DNA of 63,938 nt, filler included, from Sandaracinaceae bacterium (GTDB lineage Bacteria; Myxococcota_A; Polyangia; Polyangiales; JADJQN01): NCBI GenBank assembly GCA_947483975.1. It is 5 parts of 5 records of this genome, joined end to end, with 100 filler letters (N's around TTAATTAATTAA, not from the genome) between each part and the next. Parts side by side here need not be neighbours in the genome. Positions count along the whole stretch, not along the records: positions 41,541 to 54,990 come from CANKOL010000117.1; 4 more parts are not named here. One strand, given 5' to 3'. Below, piece after piece: positions 44,793 to 54,638 of the stretch (within the stretch, counting starts at the first letter, position 1; the number at the start of each line of letters is the position of its first letter). Made by a program: the position numbers and the translations under genes. The notes beneath the pieces are model-generated. The model saw nothing but the letters and a program-made list of their open reading frames with translations. It did no database searches and was not told the DNA's origin.

Positions 44793-47700
44793 GACGCACT
44801 CCGGTGTTGTGCGCGACGGCGCGCGACGGCGAATCCGACGATCAACGCGGCGAGCGCCATCGCCCAGCCACCCATGCCAGTGCCGACGACCCCGACGACC
44901 CCGCAGGAACAACCGCCACCACCCGAGGCCAGCACTCGGTACGAGCGGTCCGTCGCGTCCGGCCCCGAGTCGACGGGCGGTGTGGGCGGCGAGCCGGCAT
45001 CAGGCAGCTCCGGAGGCCCGAAGCACTCCCCGACGAAGCAGCGCTCGCCGTCCGGGCAGCGCAGGAGCGTGCACGGGTCCCGCTCGCAGTCGCCCGTGTG
45101 GACGTCGCAGACAGTCCCGCTCATGCACTCGACGCCGTCGCACAGGTCGACGATGCAGGCGCCGGTGTCAGCGTCGCACACCTGCGCGACAGGGCACCGC
45201 ACCCCGGCGCAGGGGTCCACGACGCACTCACCCGCCGTGCAGTGCTCCCCGGTCGGGCAGTCGACCGAGGCGCAGCTGGTCTCGCAGACTCCGTCGCGAC
45301 ACGCCTGCTCCGCAGCGCAGCCCGCCGTCGCGCACCGATCCGCGACGCACTCCAAGGTGGTGAGGTCGCAGACCTCTCCGGCCGGACACGGCAGCCCGCG
45401 GCAGTCATCGGGCACGCAAGTCCCCGTGTCCGGCTGGCAGACCAGCGGTGCCGTGCAGACGACCCCCGCGCACGGGAACGTGCAGTCGTTGTGGCGGCAA
45501 GCGCAGACCGGCACGCCGACGACGTCGGGGGCGCAAAGGACCGTGTCGTCGGGCGCCGTCAGGGTCTGGGTCGGGCACCGCGCCTCGTCGCAGCGCTCGA
45601 GCGGACACCAGCACAGGCCGTCCACCTCGACTGGGACGCTGCCCGTCGGACACCTGTTGAACTCGGACTCGAGGCACGGGCCCGTGCAGGCGCAGTCGAG
45701 GCAGATACTGCCCCCCGGGCAGAGCGACCCCGTGTCCGGCTCTTCGTCGACGAGGCCGTCGCAGTCGTTGTCCTCGCAGTCGCACGCCTCGCGAGCGCGC
45801 GGGACCTCGCCGACGCAGAGGTTGCGGCCGTCGACACACTCCAACATCCCGGGAACACAGGCGCCCACCGAGTCGCCGCACACGGCGCCGAGCGGGAGCC
45901 CTTCGTCGACCGCGCCATCGCAGTCGTCGTCGAGGCCGTTGCACGTCTCGGCGACGGGGCCGAGCGCACCGTCGCAGACCGTGGCGCCGGCCCGGCAGAC
46001 GAGGGAACCGGGGACACACTCGCCTTCGTCGGTGCCGCAGGGCGCCCCCACCAACAGGCCATCATCGACGACGCCGTCGCAGTCGTCATCGAGCGTGTTG
46101 CAGACCTCCGGAGTCGGCCCGATGGCGCCGTCGCACACCAGCGCGCCGGCGACGCACAACGTCGTACCCACAGCGCACTCGCCGGTGTCTTCGCCGCACA
46201 CTGCACCGCCGCCAGGATTGCCCTCGTCGGTCAGTCCATCGCAGTCGTTGTCGCGATTGTCGCAGCGCTCCTCGCGAGGGCCGCTCTCGCCGACGCACAC
46301 CAGCGCGCCCTCGACACAGACCTCGCTGCCGAACGAGCAATCGCCCGCGCCGCTCCCGCCGCACTCTCCGCCGCCGCCCGGGTTGCCCTGGTCGACGCGT
46401 CCGTCGCAGTCGTCATCGACTCCATTGCACGCCTCGGGCACTGGCCCGACAGCGCCGTCGCAGTCGAGGCGCCCCGCGCGACAGGCAGTGACCCCAGGCG
46501 CGCAGGCGCCTTCGTCCGTACCGCACGTCGCGCCGCCTCCGGGGTTGCCCTCGTCGACGCTCGCGTCGCAGTCGTCGTCGACGCCGTTGCACACCTCCGT
46601 GACCGGCGCGCGGTCGCCGGTGCACGCCATCGCGCCGGAGACACAGCGCATGAGCCCCTCCCCGCAGGTCCCACAAGCTCCCCCGACGGGCACGCCCTCG
46701 TCGGTGAGTCCGTCGCAGTCGTCGTCGATGGCGTTGCAGAGCTCGGGCGTCGCGCTCGTGCCGCCGATGCAGACGAGGGCGCCCCCGACGCAGCTGAACG
46801 CCCCGGGCGCGCACGCGCCGATGCCGGTGCCGCAGGCGTCTCCGCCGCCGGGATTGCCCTCGTCGACGACGCCGTCACAGTCGTCATCCACCAGATTGCA
46901 GAGCTCCGCGCTCGACCCGCGCGAGCCGATGCAGGCGCCCCACGCGCTCGCCGAGCAGGTCTCGACCCCGGTGAGACAGGCGCCGACGCTCGAGCCGCAG
47001 GGACGGGTCAATCCGTCGATCACGCCATCGCAGTCATCATCGAGTCCGTTGCACGTCTCGACGGCTGGCCGGATCCCCGTGCAGGCGCCGAACACGCCGG
47101 CCGCGCAGGTCTCCGTGCCCACCGTGCACGCGCCGACGTCGGTACCACACGGCCTCACGACGCCTTCGTCGACGAGGGTGTCGCAGTCGTTGTCTCGATT
47201 GTCGCAGATCTCGGGCTCTGGCCTGCAGGCGTCGCACACGCCGCCCTCGTCGACGACGCCATCGCAGTCGTCGTCGACGCGATTGCAGACCTCGGTAGGC
47301 GCGCTGCCGCAGGCCCCGCACGCGTTGCGGAGGCCTTCGTCGATGCGCCCGTCGCAGTTGTCGTCGACCCCGTTGCAGAGGGTCTCGCCCGGGTTGACGC
47401 AGAGCGACTGCGTCGTGACGCCGGGGCGATTGCAATACAGCACATAGCCCTCGTCGATCAGCCCGTCGCAGTCGTCGTCGACGCCGTTGCAGGTCTCGTA
47501 GAGGATCGAGTCGTTGACGATGTCGGAGATCGCGCTCGAGAGCTCGACCGAGTCGTTCGCGAAGATCGCGGCCGCGGTGCCTCCGGCCGAGGCGATGCTG
47601 TTCAACTGCGCCGCATAGTCCGGGCGCGTGGCGAAGCCGATGACGTAGACCGAGTAGCCCGCCGCACGGAGCGCGGCCGCCGACGCGATCGGGTTTCCGC

Positions 47701-50700
47701 CGCACGTCTCCGCGCCGTCGGTGAGCAGGATCACTCGGTACGGCCGACACGCCGCCTGCGCGTCCGCCCCGCTGACGCTCGCGAGATACGTGCGCGCGGA
47801 GTCGAGAGCGCCCGCGATCGGCGTCGTGCCCGAGCCGCGCAGTTCGGTGTCGAGACCGGCGGGCGCCGTGCCCGCGTAGTCGTCGGTGCCGTCCGTCCAT
47901 TCGAGCAGCGAATACTCGTTGTCCGGCGCGAAGCCGACGAGCAGATCGCCCTTCGCGAAGTCGCCGCAGACGCCGCCCGCCCCGGCCCAGCCGCCGGACT
48001 GCGCCGTCGCGTTCGTCCCCGGGCACTGGAACCCCGTCGCGCGCTGATGAAAGCGCATCAGCCCGAGCTCGACGTCGCCGAAGCCGGAGGCCACGTCCGT
48101 CACGCCGGCGCGTGCCAGCGCGATGCGCGAGTCGTCCGCGACCCCGTTGCCGCAGCCACTCTCCCCGCACGCGGCGCAGGCCACATCGGCCCCGCGACAC
48201 TCGCTCGAACCGTCGCCGCCCGTGAAGTCGTCGGCGCAGACGTTCCAGTTCATCGAGCCGGAGGTGTCGAACACGAGGAGCAGGCGGGCGCGCACATCGC
48301 CCGGCGCGTAGCTGAAGTCCGTCTCGTCGTCGTCGTTGGCCGCGTGACAGCCGGGGTCGTTGGCGGCGCCCGGCCCGAAGTCGGTGTGGCCGTCGAGGTC
48401 GTTGTCGATGCCGTCGGAGCAGCGATGTCGGGTGACCTCGTCGCGATCGGTCGCGGAGGTGCAGCCAGAGTCTGCGGGGAAGTCGATGGCGCCGTCCCCG
48501 TCGTCGTCGAGGCCGTTTCCGCAGGCGGGCGAGCCGGCTTCGGTCGCGTCGTCGGGGGAGCTGCACTCGAAGTCTGCGGGCCAGTCGATCAGCCCGTCCC
48601 CGTCGTTGTCGAGCCCGTCCGAACACTGCACGTTCCGCTCGTCGTTGTCGGTCGGACCGGAGCAACCTGGGTCGATCGGGAAGTCGATCGCGCCGTCGCC
48701 GTCGTTGTCGAGGCCGTCCATGCAGGCGCCGATGTGGGAGACGAAGCAAGGGTCGCTCGGGAGGCTCTCGAGCTTGCCTGGAGCGGTCGCCGTCGCCGTC
48801 ACCTCGAGTCCACCGTAGAGCGCACCGAACGTGGTCGCGGCGCCGAAGGTCCCGACCGCGAAGCGACTCCCGGCGCTCGCGGCGGTGCCGCGCGCAATCC
48901 CGTTGAGATAGGCGCGCACGGAGGTGCCATCGGCCTCGCTGGTCGCGCCCGGGATCACCGTCGCGTTCGAGAATATCGGGCAGTCGAGGACGGGGCGGGC
49001 GGTGCGGGGCGCGCCGACGGGGATGCGCGTGAGGTCAGCGAAGTACGTCTCGAACGCACCTCCATAGCCCGAGGAGCTCGCCCACTCGAACGCGTCGACG
49101 CGGTAGAGCGCCGTCGGCGTGCCAGCAGGCACGCGCACGGTCAGGCTGATCGGCCGCGAGGCGCCCTCGTTGAGGCCGAGGCCACCGAGGTTCACCTCGA
49201 GGAGATTGCCAGTCTGGGTCGCCGGATAGACAATGCCCGAGACCGTGATCGAGGCCGGCGCGAGGCCCCACGTCGCGCTCGGGAGCACGACGGTCAGCGT
49301 GTCCACGCTCGCGAGGCTGGTGCCCGTGTTCGTCAGCGTGCCGGTGAGCGTGATGGTGCCGCCCGCCGCGACCGACGCGGCGCTCGGCGCGAGGGTCGCG
49401 TGGAGCACGGGAGTCGCGCGCACGAGCGTGAGCGCCTGCGTCGTGAAGCCCGGCGCGGGCAGCGACACGGAGCGGTAGTTGGCATACGAGACGACGGAGA
49501 TCTGGCCGGTGCCGCCGACGGTGAACGTCGTCGTGAACGTGTACTCCTGGCCTGGAGTCAGAGTGCCCAACGTCCATTGGACGCAGGGCCGACCGCTGCA
49601 CGACGTCGAGACGGGCGCGCCCGTCGCGGACTCGAACGCTACGCGCGCACCGTCGTAGTCCTGGGAGACGACGACGCCTGTCTGCGGCAGCGTCGAGAGG
49701 TTCTTGCCGTGGAGCGTGTACGTGAGAGTGTCCCCGCCGGTAGCCATCGTGCGGTCGACCGTGAGGTCGAACTGATTGTTCAAGAACACGCACGCCGGGG
49801 ACGGAATGACGTAGCCCCACGGGTTGTCGGCGCCGCCGGCGCCCGTCGGACTCGACGAGGTGTTGCCGCTACCGAACATCTCGGCGCAGTCGACGTCGGC
49901 CAGCTGCACGGGGTCGAGCGGCGTATCGAGCACACGGAGCGCGATCTCGACGGTCCCTGTCTCGCCGGCGCGCAGCTCGCCGAGGGCGACGCGGACCGCG
50001 TCCGCCGCGACGGGCAGCGGGTTCGAGGGCCTGAGGTCGAAGCCTGCCGTCGAGGCATCGAGCGTGCGGCGCGTGACGGGGCCCGTCCCGCTGACGGCGC
50101 TGCCCGTGCCGATCAGCGAACCCGGATACTGGACGCGCTGCCACGGTCCGACGACGTCGTTGAAGCGTAGGCCATTCCAGTCGCTCGGGTCGGCCGCGTT
50201 CCACGCCGCGAGCGTCGGATCGGCGACGATGTCGGTGGCCTCATAGCGGTAGTGCGTCAGGGGCCCTGCGACGGGTGAGCCGTAGCCATAGGGGGTATTG
50301 CCGCTGCCCTGATTGCCACTCGCGTTGCCCTGCGAGTTCGAGATCCCGTAGGCGAGAATCTGGTCCACGTCCCACGCGGCGTGACCGAAGAAGGGCGCTG
50401 AAATGCCGAGGATCGGCGCCACATTGGCCGCTGAGATCGGCTCCTCCCACAGGCGAAAGCCGTTCGCATAGGTGATGAACGCCGTGTCCGGCAGACGCCG
50501 CGTGCGCAGGTCCGTCGCGTAGAAGATCCCGGTGTCTGCGTAGAGTTGGGCGAGCGAGCCACCGCCGACTGAGCGCGTCCCGGCGACGCAGCCCGCCCCC
50601 GCGCTGCACCGCAACGCCGAGTAGTCGGTGCAGCCGCCGGGCGGGCAACCGTCTTGCGTGGCGCCGGGCGGATTCGGGACGGTCGTGCGTCCCGCCGCGT

Positions 50701-51052
50701 CGATCAGGCGAACGCCGACGACCTCGGTGTTGGCGGGAATGTACTCGGTCAAATAGCCAGCGACGCCGCGCGCGACGCGGTCCGGCATCGCGATGTAGTT
50801 CAAGCGAAAGAGGATCACGTCGCCCGGCGCGAGGCGCAGATCGGTCCCCGCGCTGCCGCCGCTCGAGGTCCCGGACTCGGGGTCGATGACCGCGATGGTC
50901 GCCGGGGGGATGGACTTCGAGACCATCAAGCCAGCCACCGCCTGCGCGTTCGCGCTGTGGACGGAGACCGCGCTCGTCGCTACGAGCGCAAGCAGCAGCG
51001 CGCCGCAAAAGCGGACCAGCGCAGACGCTCTCCCCAACGAGGTTCGATGCAT
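44789..51052 (-). CDS. Giant (about 2090 aa) surface protein: Ig/DUF11-like domains, Ca-binding repeats, vWA, MopE-like repeats, MYXO-CTERM
   Basis: Signal peptide ANA/Q; 4 CxxGxDxDxDGxxD repeats; FDTSGSM MIDAS, TPIAGAL, ILLTDG; 13 CxxxDxxCDxxxD repeats; GGGCSC-TM-RRR tail. Confidence 0.88.
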   Translation of the reverse strand: MHRTSLGRASALVRFCGALLLALVATSAVSVHSANAQAVAGLMVSKSIPPATIAVIDPESGTSSGGSAGTDLRLAPGDVILFRLNYIAMPDRVARGVAGYLTEYIPANTEVVGVRLIDAAGRTTVPNPPGATQDGCPPGGCTDYSALRCSAGAGCVAGTRSVGGGSLAQLYADTGIFYATDLRTRRLPDTAFITYANGFRLWEEPISAANVAPILGISAPFFGHAAWDVDQILAYGISNSQGNASGNQGSGNTPYGYGSPVAGPLTHYRYEATDIVADPTLAAWNAADPSDWNGLRFNDVVGPWQRVQYPGSLIGTGSAVSGTGPVTRRTLDASTAGFDLRPSNPLPVAADAVRVALGELRAGETGTVEIALRVLDTPLDPVQLADVDCAEMFGSGNTSSSPTGAGGADNPWGYVIPSPACVFLNNQFDLTVDRTMATGGDTLTYTLHGKNLSTLPQTGVVVSQDYDGARVAFESATGAPVSTSCSGRPCVQWTLGTLTPGQEYTFTTTFTVGGTGQISVVSYANYRSVSLPAPGFTTQALTLVRATPVLHATLAPSAASVAAGGTITLTGTLTNTGTSLASVDTLTVVLPSATWGLAPASITVSGIVYPATQTGNLLEVNLGGLGLNEGASRPISLTVRVPAGTPTALYRVDAFEWASSSGYGGAFETYFADLTRIPVGAPRTARPVLDCPIFSNATVIPGATSEADGTSVRAYLNGIARGTAASAGSRFAVGTFGAATTFGALYGGLEVTATATAPGKLESLPSDPCFVSHIGACMDGLDNDGDGAIDFPIDPGCSGPTDNDERNVQCSDGLDNDGDGLIDWPADFECSSPDDATEAGSPACGNGLDDDGDGAIDFPADSGCTSATDRDEVTRHRCSDGIDNDLDGHTDFGPGAANDPGCHAANDDDETDFSYAPGDVRARLLLVFDTSGSMNWNVCADDFTGGDGSSECRGADVACAACGESGCGNGVADDSRIALARAGVTDVASGFGDVELGLMRFHQRATGFQCPGTNATAQSGGWAGAGGVCGDFAKGDLLVGFAPDNEYSLLEWTDGTDDYAGTAPAGLDTELRGSGTTPIAGALDSARTYLASVSGADAQAACRPYRVILLTDGAETCGGNPIASAAALRAAGYSVYVIGFATRPDYAAQLNSIASAGGTAAAIFANDSVELSSAISDIVNDSILYETCNGVDDDCDGLIDEGYVLYCNRPGVTTQSLCVNPGETLCNGVDDNCDGRIDEGLRNACGACGSAPTEVCNRVDDDCDGVVDEGGVCDACRPEPEICDNRDNDCDTLVDEGVVRPCGTDVGACTVGTETCAAGVFGACTGIRPAVETCNGLDDDCDGVIDGLTRPCGSSVGACLTGVETCSASAWGACIGSRGSSAELCNLVDDDCDGVVDEGNPGGGDACGTGIGACAPGAFSCVGGALVCIGGTSATPELCNAIDDDCDGLTDEGVPVGGACGTCGEGLMRCVSGAMACTGDRAPVTEVCNGVDDDCDASVDEGNPGGGATCGTDEGACAPGVTACRAGRLDCDGAVGPVPEACNGVDDDCDGRVDQGNPGGGGECGGSGAGDCSFGSEVCVEGALVCVGESGPREERCDNRDNDCDGLTDEGNPGGGAVCGEDTGECAVGTTLCVAGALVCDGAIGPTPEVCNTLDDDCDGVVDDGLLVGAPCGTDEGECVPGSLVCRAGATVCDGALGPVAETCNGLDDDCDGAVDEGLPLGAVCGDSVGACVPGMLECVDGRNLCVGEVPRAREACDCEDNDCDGLVDEEPDTGSLCPGGSICLDCACTGPCLESEFNRCPTGSVPVEVDGLCWCPLERCDEARCPTQTLTAPDDTVLCAPDVVGVPVCACRHNDCTFPCAGVVCTAPLVCQPDTGTCVPDDCRGLPCPAGEVCDLTTLECVADRCATAGCAAEQACRDGVCETSCASVDCPTGEHCTAGECVVDPCAGVRCPVAQVCDADTGACIVDLCDGVECMSGTVCDVHTGDCERDPCTLLRCPDGERCFVGECFGPPELPDAGSPPTPPVDSGPDATDRSYRVLASGGGGCSCGVVGVVGTGMGGWAMALAALIVGFAVARRRAQHRSAS

Positions 51053-51208
51053 GGCTCGACTCCTGAGACGTCGCATCACCCCGCGCGGCGTCAGCTTGGC
51101 GTTCTAGGCCAAGAGGTGCGCACCAGCGGAGAGCACGTCCAGACCGCCAGCGCGCCGAGCCCGCGTGGAATTGGACGTTCCGAACATTCGTTCTGGTCGC
51201 GCGGCGCT

Positions 51209-51520
51209 CTACTCGACGCGGCGCGACTTCTCGAGGCGCGCGAGGTCGCGGCGGGTGTTCGCCAGCTCGGACTTGGCCCAGCCGCGGCGCACGCCGGTGA
51301 GGTAGGCGCCGGTCGCGAGCAGCCCGCCGGTCAGCACCACGACGACCACCGCGGCGCCGATGCCCCACACGAACGCGGCGGGCACGGCGAGCACCGCCGC
51401 GAGGCCGAGGCGCGGCAGGCGCGACCACGCGCCCTCGAGCTCCGCGCACTGCCCCTCCATGAAGGTCACGTGGCGGCGCAGGAGCTCGATTCGTTCGTCG
51501 GTGTCAGCGGCTGCAGGCAC
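51209..51520 (-). CDS. Small two-TM hypothetical protein
   Basis: Helical N-terminus, hydrophobic hairpin, coiled-coil C-terminus. Confidence 0.6.
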   Translation of the reverse strand: MPAAADTDERIELLRRHVTFMEGQCAELEGAWSRLPRLGLAAVLAVPAAFVWGIGAAVVVVVLTGGLLATGAYLTGVRRGWAKSELANTRRDLARLEKSRRVE

Positions 51521-51672
51521 GCGCGCCCCTTACCGCGGCAGGGGCGAGCGCGCACGTCCGCGAGGCCGACTTCAGCCGAAGAACGTGCAGCAGCCGGTCA
51601 GGCAGTAGAAGCTCGCGGGGCACGTCGAGCTGCGCGCGCGGCTCTTCCGAGCCGAGCCGAGCCGCGCGGCGC

Positions 51673-52566
51673 TCAGCAGCCGTCGTAGACGTAGGCGGCG
51701 TCGGCGGGCGTGAGCAGGTCGAGGTCGCGCAGCACGATCGAGAGGCTCGGAAACGCGCCGCAGCCCGCGTCGAAGTCTGCGCGGCGATATTCGATGACGA
51801 GCACTTGGTCGCCGTAGCCCGCCGTGTAGACGTCGCACTCCGAGTAGCGATTGCACTCCTCGGCGACGACGAAGTCCGTGCCGAGCTCGGCGCGGCGGGC
51901 GACGAGCTCCGCCGAGTTCTTCTGGGCGATGGCGAGCCCGGCGGCGTGCGCCGCGTCCGAGAGCGCGCGCATGTACATCACCGCCTGATCGGCGGTCATC
52001 AAGCCGCCCGAGCGCGAGTACGAGTCGAGGTTGTCGATCTCGACGGCGTCGAAGCCCGCCGCCGCGCAGCCCGCGATCCAGCCCGTGACGATCGACGCGA
52101 GCCCCGCGCGCGAGGTCGCCGTCCGGACGTCGAGCAGCATCTCGCCCCAGTCCGCGTCGATCACGGGCGCCCCCGCCGCGTCGCGGAGCACGAGGTCCGG
52201 ATGGTCGCCGAGCCAAAAGGAATCATCGCCCGGCTGCGACTGAAAGCCGTTGACGTAGCAGATGTTGTAGAGCCCCGGCGCGACCGCCTCGGTGCGATCG
52301 CGGGCCACGATCTGCACGCCGGCGGGCGGCGCGTACGCACCGCCGAGCTGGTAGTCGAGCGCCGCGTTCGCGGGCGGCAGCGTGAAGGCGCGCGGCGGGC
52401 TCCCGGAGTCTTGGGCGTCGCCCGCATCGCCGGGCGCCGTGCCGGCATCGTGCGAGCCACCAGCGTCGAGGGGCAGCGCGCCTCCGTCGGCTGCGGCGGG
52501 CACATCGTCCGAGGTGCAGCACGCGAGCGCCGCGCTGAGGACGAGCAGGAGAGCGGCGCGCGACAT
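51673..52566 (-). CDS. Endo-alpha-1,4-polygalactosaminidase (GH114) lipoprotein
   Basis: LDYQLGGAY, YNICYVNGFQSQP, GFDAVEIDNLDSY, GLAIAQKN, DFVVAEEC, VLRDL. Confidence 0.9.
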   Translation of the reverse strand: MSRAALLLVLSAALACCTSDDVPAAADGGALPLDAGGSHDAGTAPGDAGDAQDSGSPPRAFTLPPANAALDYQLGGAYAPPAGVQIVARDRTEAVAPGLYNICYVNGFQSQPGDDSFWLGDHPDLVLRDAAGAPVIDADWGEMLLDVRTATSRAGLASIVTGWIAGCAAAGFDAVEIDNLDSYSRSGGLMTADQAVMYMRALSDAAHAAGLAIAQKNSAELVARRAELGTDFVVAEECNRYSECDVYTAGYGDQVLVIEYRRADFDAGCGAFPSLSIVLRDLDLLTPADAAYVYDGC

Positions 52567-52603
52567 GCGCAGAGGCTCCCACGCGACCGTCGCGGCGCGC
52601 AAC

Positions 52604-52668
52604 GGTGTCGGCGCCCGGCGTCGGCGCCTGGTGTCGGCGCCTGGTGTCGGCTGCCGGTGTCGGCCCGC
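52604..52668. repeat. 13-bp tandem repeat, five copies, in a divergent intergenic region
   Basis: GGYGTCGGCnnnn at 52604, 52617, 52630, 52643, 52656. Confidence 0.9.
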
Positions 52669-52707
52669 GGGAACCTTCGCGCGTCGCAGGCGTCTGGAGC
52701 CCCCGTG

Positions 52708-53643
52708 ATGCCTCTCTCACGAGCTTCCCTCCGCGTCGCGCTGGGCTGCGCTCTCTGCTGCGCTGGCTGCGGCGCGGCCGATGTGCGGGACCCGCCGCCG
52801 GGGGCGACGTCGAGCGCCTTCCTCCCCGCGGGCGACGCGGCGCTCGACCGCGTCGTCGAGCGCTGTCAGGCGTCGTGCCCTCCTGACGAGCGCCTCGCGC
52901 TCGCGCAGCGCCTGCTCGAGCGGAGCCAAGAGGCGCGTCGCCGTGGGCTCGAGGCCGACGAGCGCGCGCAGGCGACGACGGATACCGCGACGCAGCGAGA
53001 GCAGCGCGCCGCGTCCGAGGTCGCGATGGCTGAGGTCGCGCGCGATCGCGGACGCGCACTCGAGGAGCTGCGCGTCATCGCCGGGGACGTGACGGTTCCC
53101 CCGCCGCGCGTCGTCGAGACGGCGCTCTCCGAGCTGCTCTTCGCGCTCGCCGACGAGGGCGCGCGGGACGAGGTGAAGGCGCTGGCCGAGCGCATCGCGC
53201 GGGACACTCCGACTCGCCCGGTCGCAGCGCACGCCTGGCTCGCGCTCGGCGACCGCGCGTTCGAGGACATGGACCTCGCGGGCGCGCGCGACGCGTATCT
53301 CGCGACGCTCTCGGTGCCTGGCGCGGAGGCGAGGACGACCGTATACGCGCGCTACAAGCTCGCCTGGACGTACCTCAACCTCAGCGATTTTCGGGGCGCT
53401 TGCGACGCGTTCCGCGAGGTCGCGCGGGCGGACGATCAGCCGCTGCTCGCGCGAGAGGCGCGGCGAGACTTCGTGCGCGCGCTCGTGCCGCTCGACGGGA
53501 CGCCGGCCCAAGACGCGGCCGAGCTTCGCGGCGTCGCGCAGGACGATGCGCAGGCGACGGAGCTCGCGGGGCGATTCGAGGAGGCGCTGCGTGAGGTCGG
53601 GCTCGACGCGCGCGCCGACGCGTTTCGCGCAGGCTGGCGATAG
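52708..53643 (+). CDS. TPR-containing lipoprotein
   Basis: CAG-C lipobox; AWLALGD.AFE..D..GA..AY, YARYKLAWTYLNL. Confidence 0.75.
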   Translation: MPLSRASLRVALGCALCCAGCGAADVRDPPPGATSSAFLPAGDAALDRVVERCQASCPPDERLALAQRLLERSQEARRRGLEADERAQATTDTATQREQRAASEVAMAEVARDRGRALEELRVIAGDVTVPPPRVVETALSELLFALADEGARDEVKALAERIARDTPTRPVAAHAWLALGDRAFEDMDLAGARDAYLATLSVPGAEARTTVYARYKLAWTYLNLSDFRGACDAFREVARADDQPLLAREARRDFVRALVPLDGTPAQDAAELRGVAQDDAQATELAGRFEEALREVGLDARADAFRAGWR

Positions 53644-53839
53644 GACGGAGGCGACCCCTCACGACGCGCCTCGCGGGAGGCGCCCCCGACGCGCGACGGT
53701 CGCGCGATGCGTCCGCGACGACCCAGGCAGTCGGCCCATCGACAGATCGTTCGGAGGCTCCGTGCGTCGGACGGTGGGCGCGCGAGGGGGCGCCGCGGAT
53801 ACGCCGCGGCGACTGAGCCTCGACAGTCGGAGCCAGCCC

Positions 53840-54499
53840 GTGGACACGAAGAACGGCCCGCAGAAGAAGCCCCGACAGACCAGCCTTCGCGCGGCCCAGG
53901 CCCACGCGCGAGCCGTCGCGCCGCTGGGGCGGGCGGCAGACCCGCTGACGCCGCGCGCGTACCCCTCCGCCGCTGAGCTATTCGCGGACGGGACCGGCTG
54001 GCGCGCCTACGTCACCGACACCCTGCGCGCGCTGCTCGCGCCAGCGGCGCTCGCCGGCGCGGTCGGGCTCGCGGGCTGTGCCGGGACAGGCGATGCGCCC
54101 AACAGCGTCGTCGGGGCCGACACGGCGAGCACCCAGTCCTCGGCGACGCTCACGCCGCTCGGCCAGCCGACGGTGGGCACCTCGGCCGCGGACGGCGTCG
54201 TCGTCACGCCTCTCCCGCCGAGCACGCTCACGCCCATCCCGCCCGGCGCGCCGGTCGTTCCCGCGCCCCCGCCGCGCACGCACCCGCCGCGCACGCCCCC
54301 GGCACACCCGACGCCGAATCAGACTCCGGTCGCCATTCCCGGCGGACTTGGGCGCGTGGTCGTCCCGCCGATCCCGCCGGCGGCGCAGCCTCCGGCGGTG
54401 CGGGGCGAGGCCGTGCAGCTCCAGCCCGCGGTGGCACCGCCCCAGGCGCTCGGCAGTCAGCAGGCGGTCGACCCCGGCGCGATGTTCGGCTCGTCCTGA
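53840..54499 (+). CDS. Pro-rich hypothetical (lipo)protein with long N-terminal leader
   Basis: GTG start; VAPL...PRAYP; internal GLAG-C; Pro-rich tail. Confidence 0.6.
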   Translation: MDTKNGPQKKPRQTSLRAAQAHARAVAPLGRAADPLTPRAYPSAAELFADGTGWRAYVTDTLRALLAPAALAGAVGLAGCAGTGDAPNSVVGADTASTQSSATLTPLGQPTVGTSAADGVVVTPLPPSTLTPIPPGAPVVPAPPPRTHPPRTPPAHPTPNQTPVAIPGGLGRVVVPPIPPAAQPPAVRGEAVQLQPAVAPPQALGSQQAVDPGAMFGSS

Positions 54500-54638
54500 G
54501 CGCCGACTGGGGCGTCTCGCGTCGAAGCGGGGCGGCGGGCGTGGTCGCGCACGGTGGTGAGCGACGCGCTTCGGACCCTCCAGAGTCTCTACTCCATCCC
54601 GATCTTGGCCGCGCCGCGGAACGACCTCGACGGCGCGC

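Noticed and set aside
42216..50170. Very long plus-strand ORFs (1743 and 1788 aa) and other long antisense ORFs such as 16848-19796 and 58371-61289
   Set aside because: Shadow frames of GC-rich, repetitive real genes on the opposite strand; no recognisable motifs.
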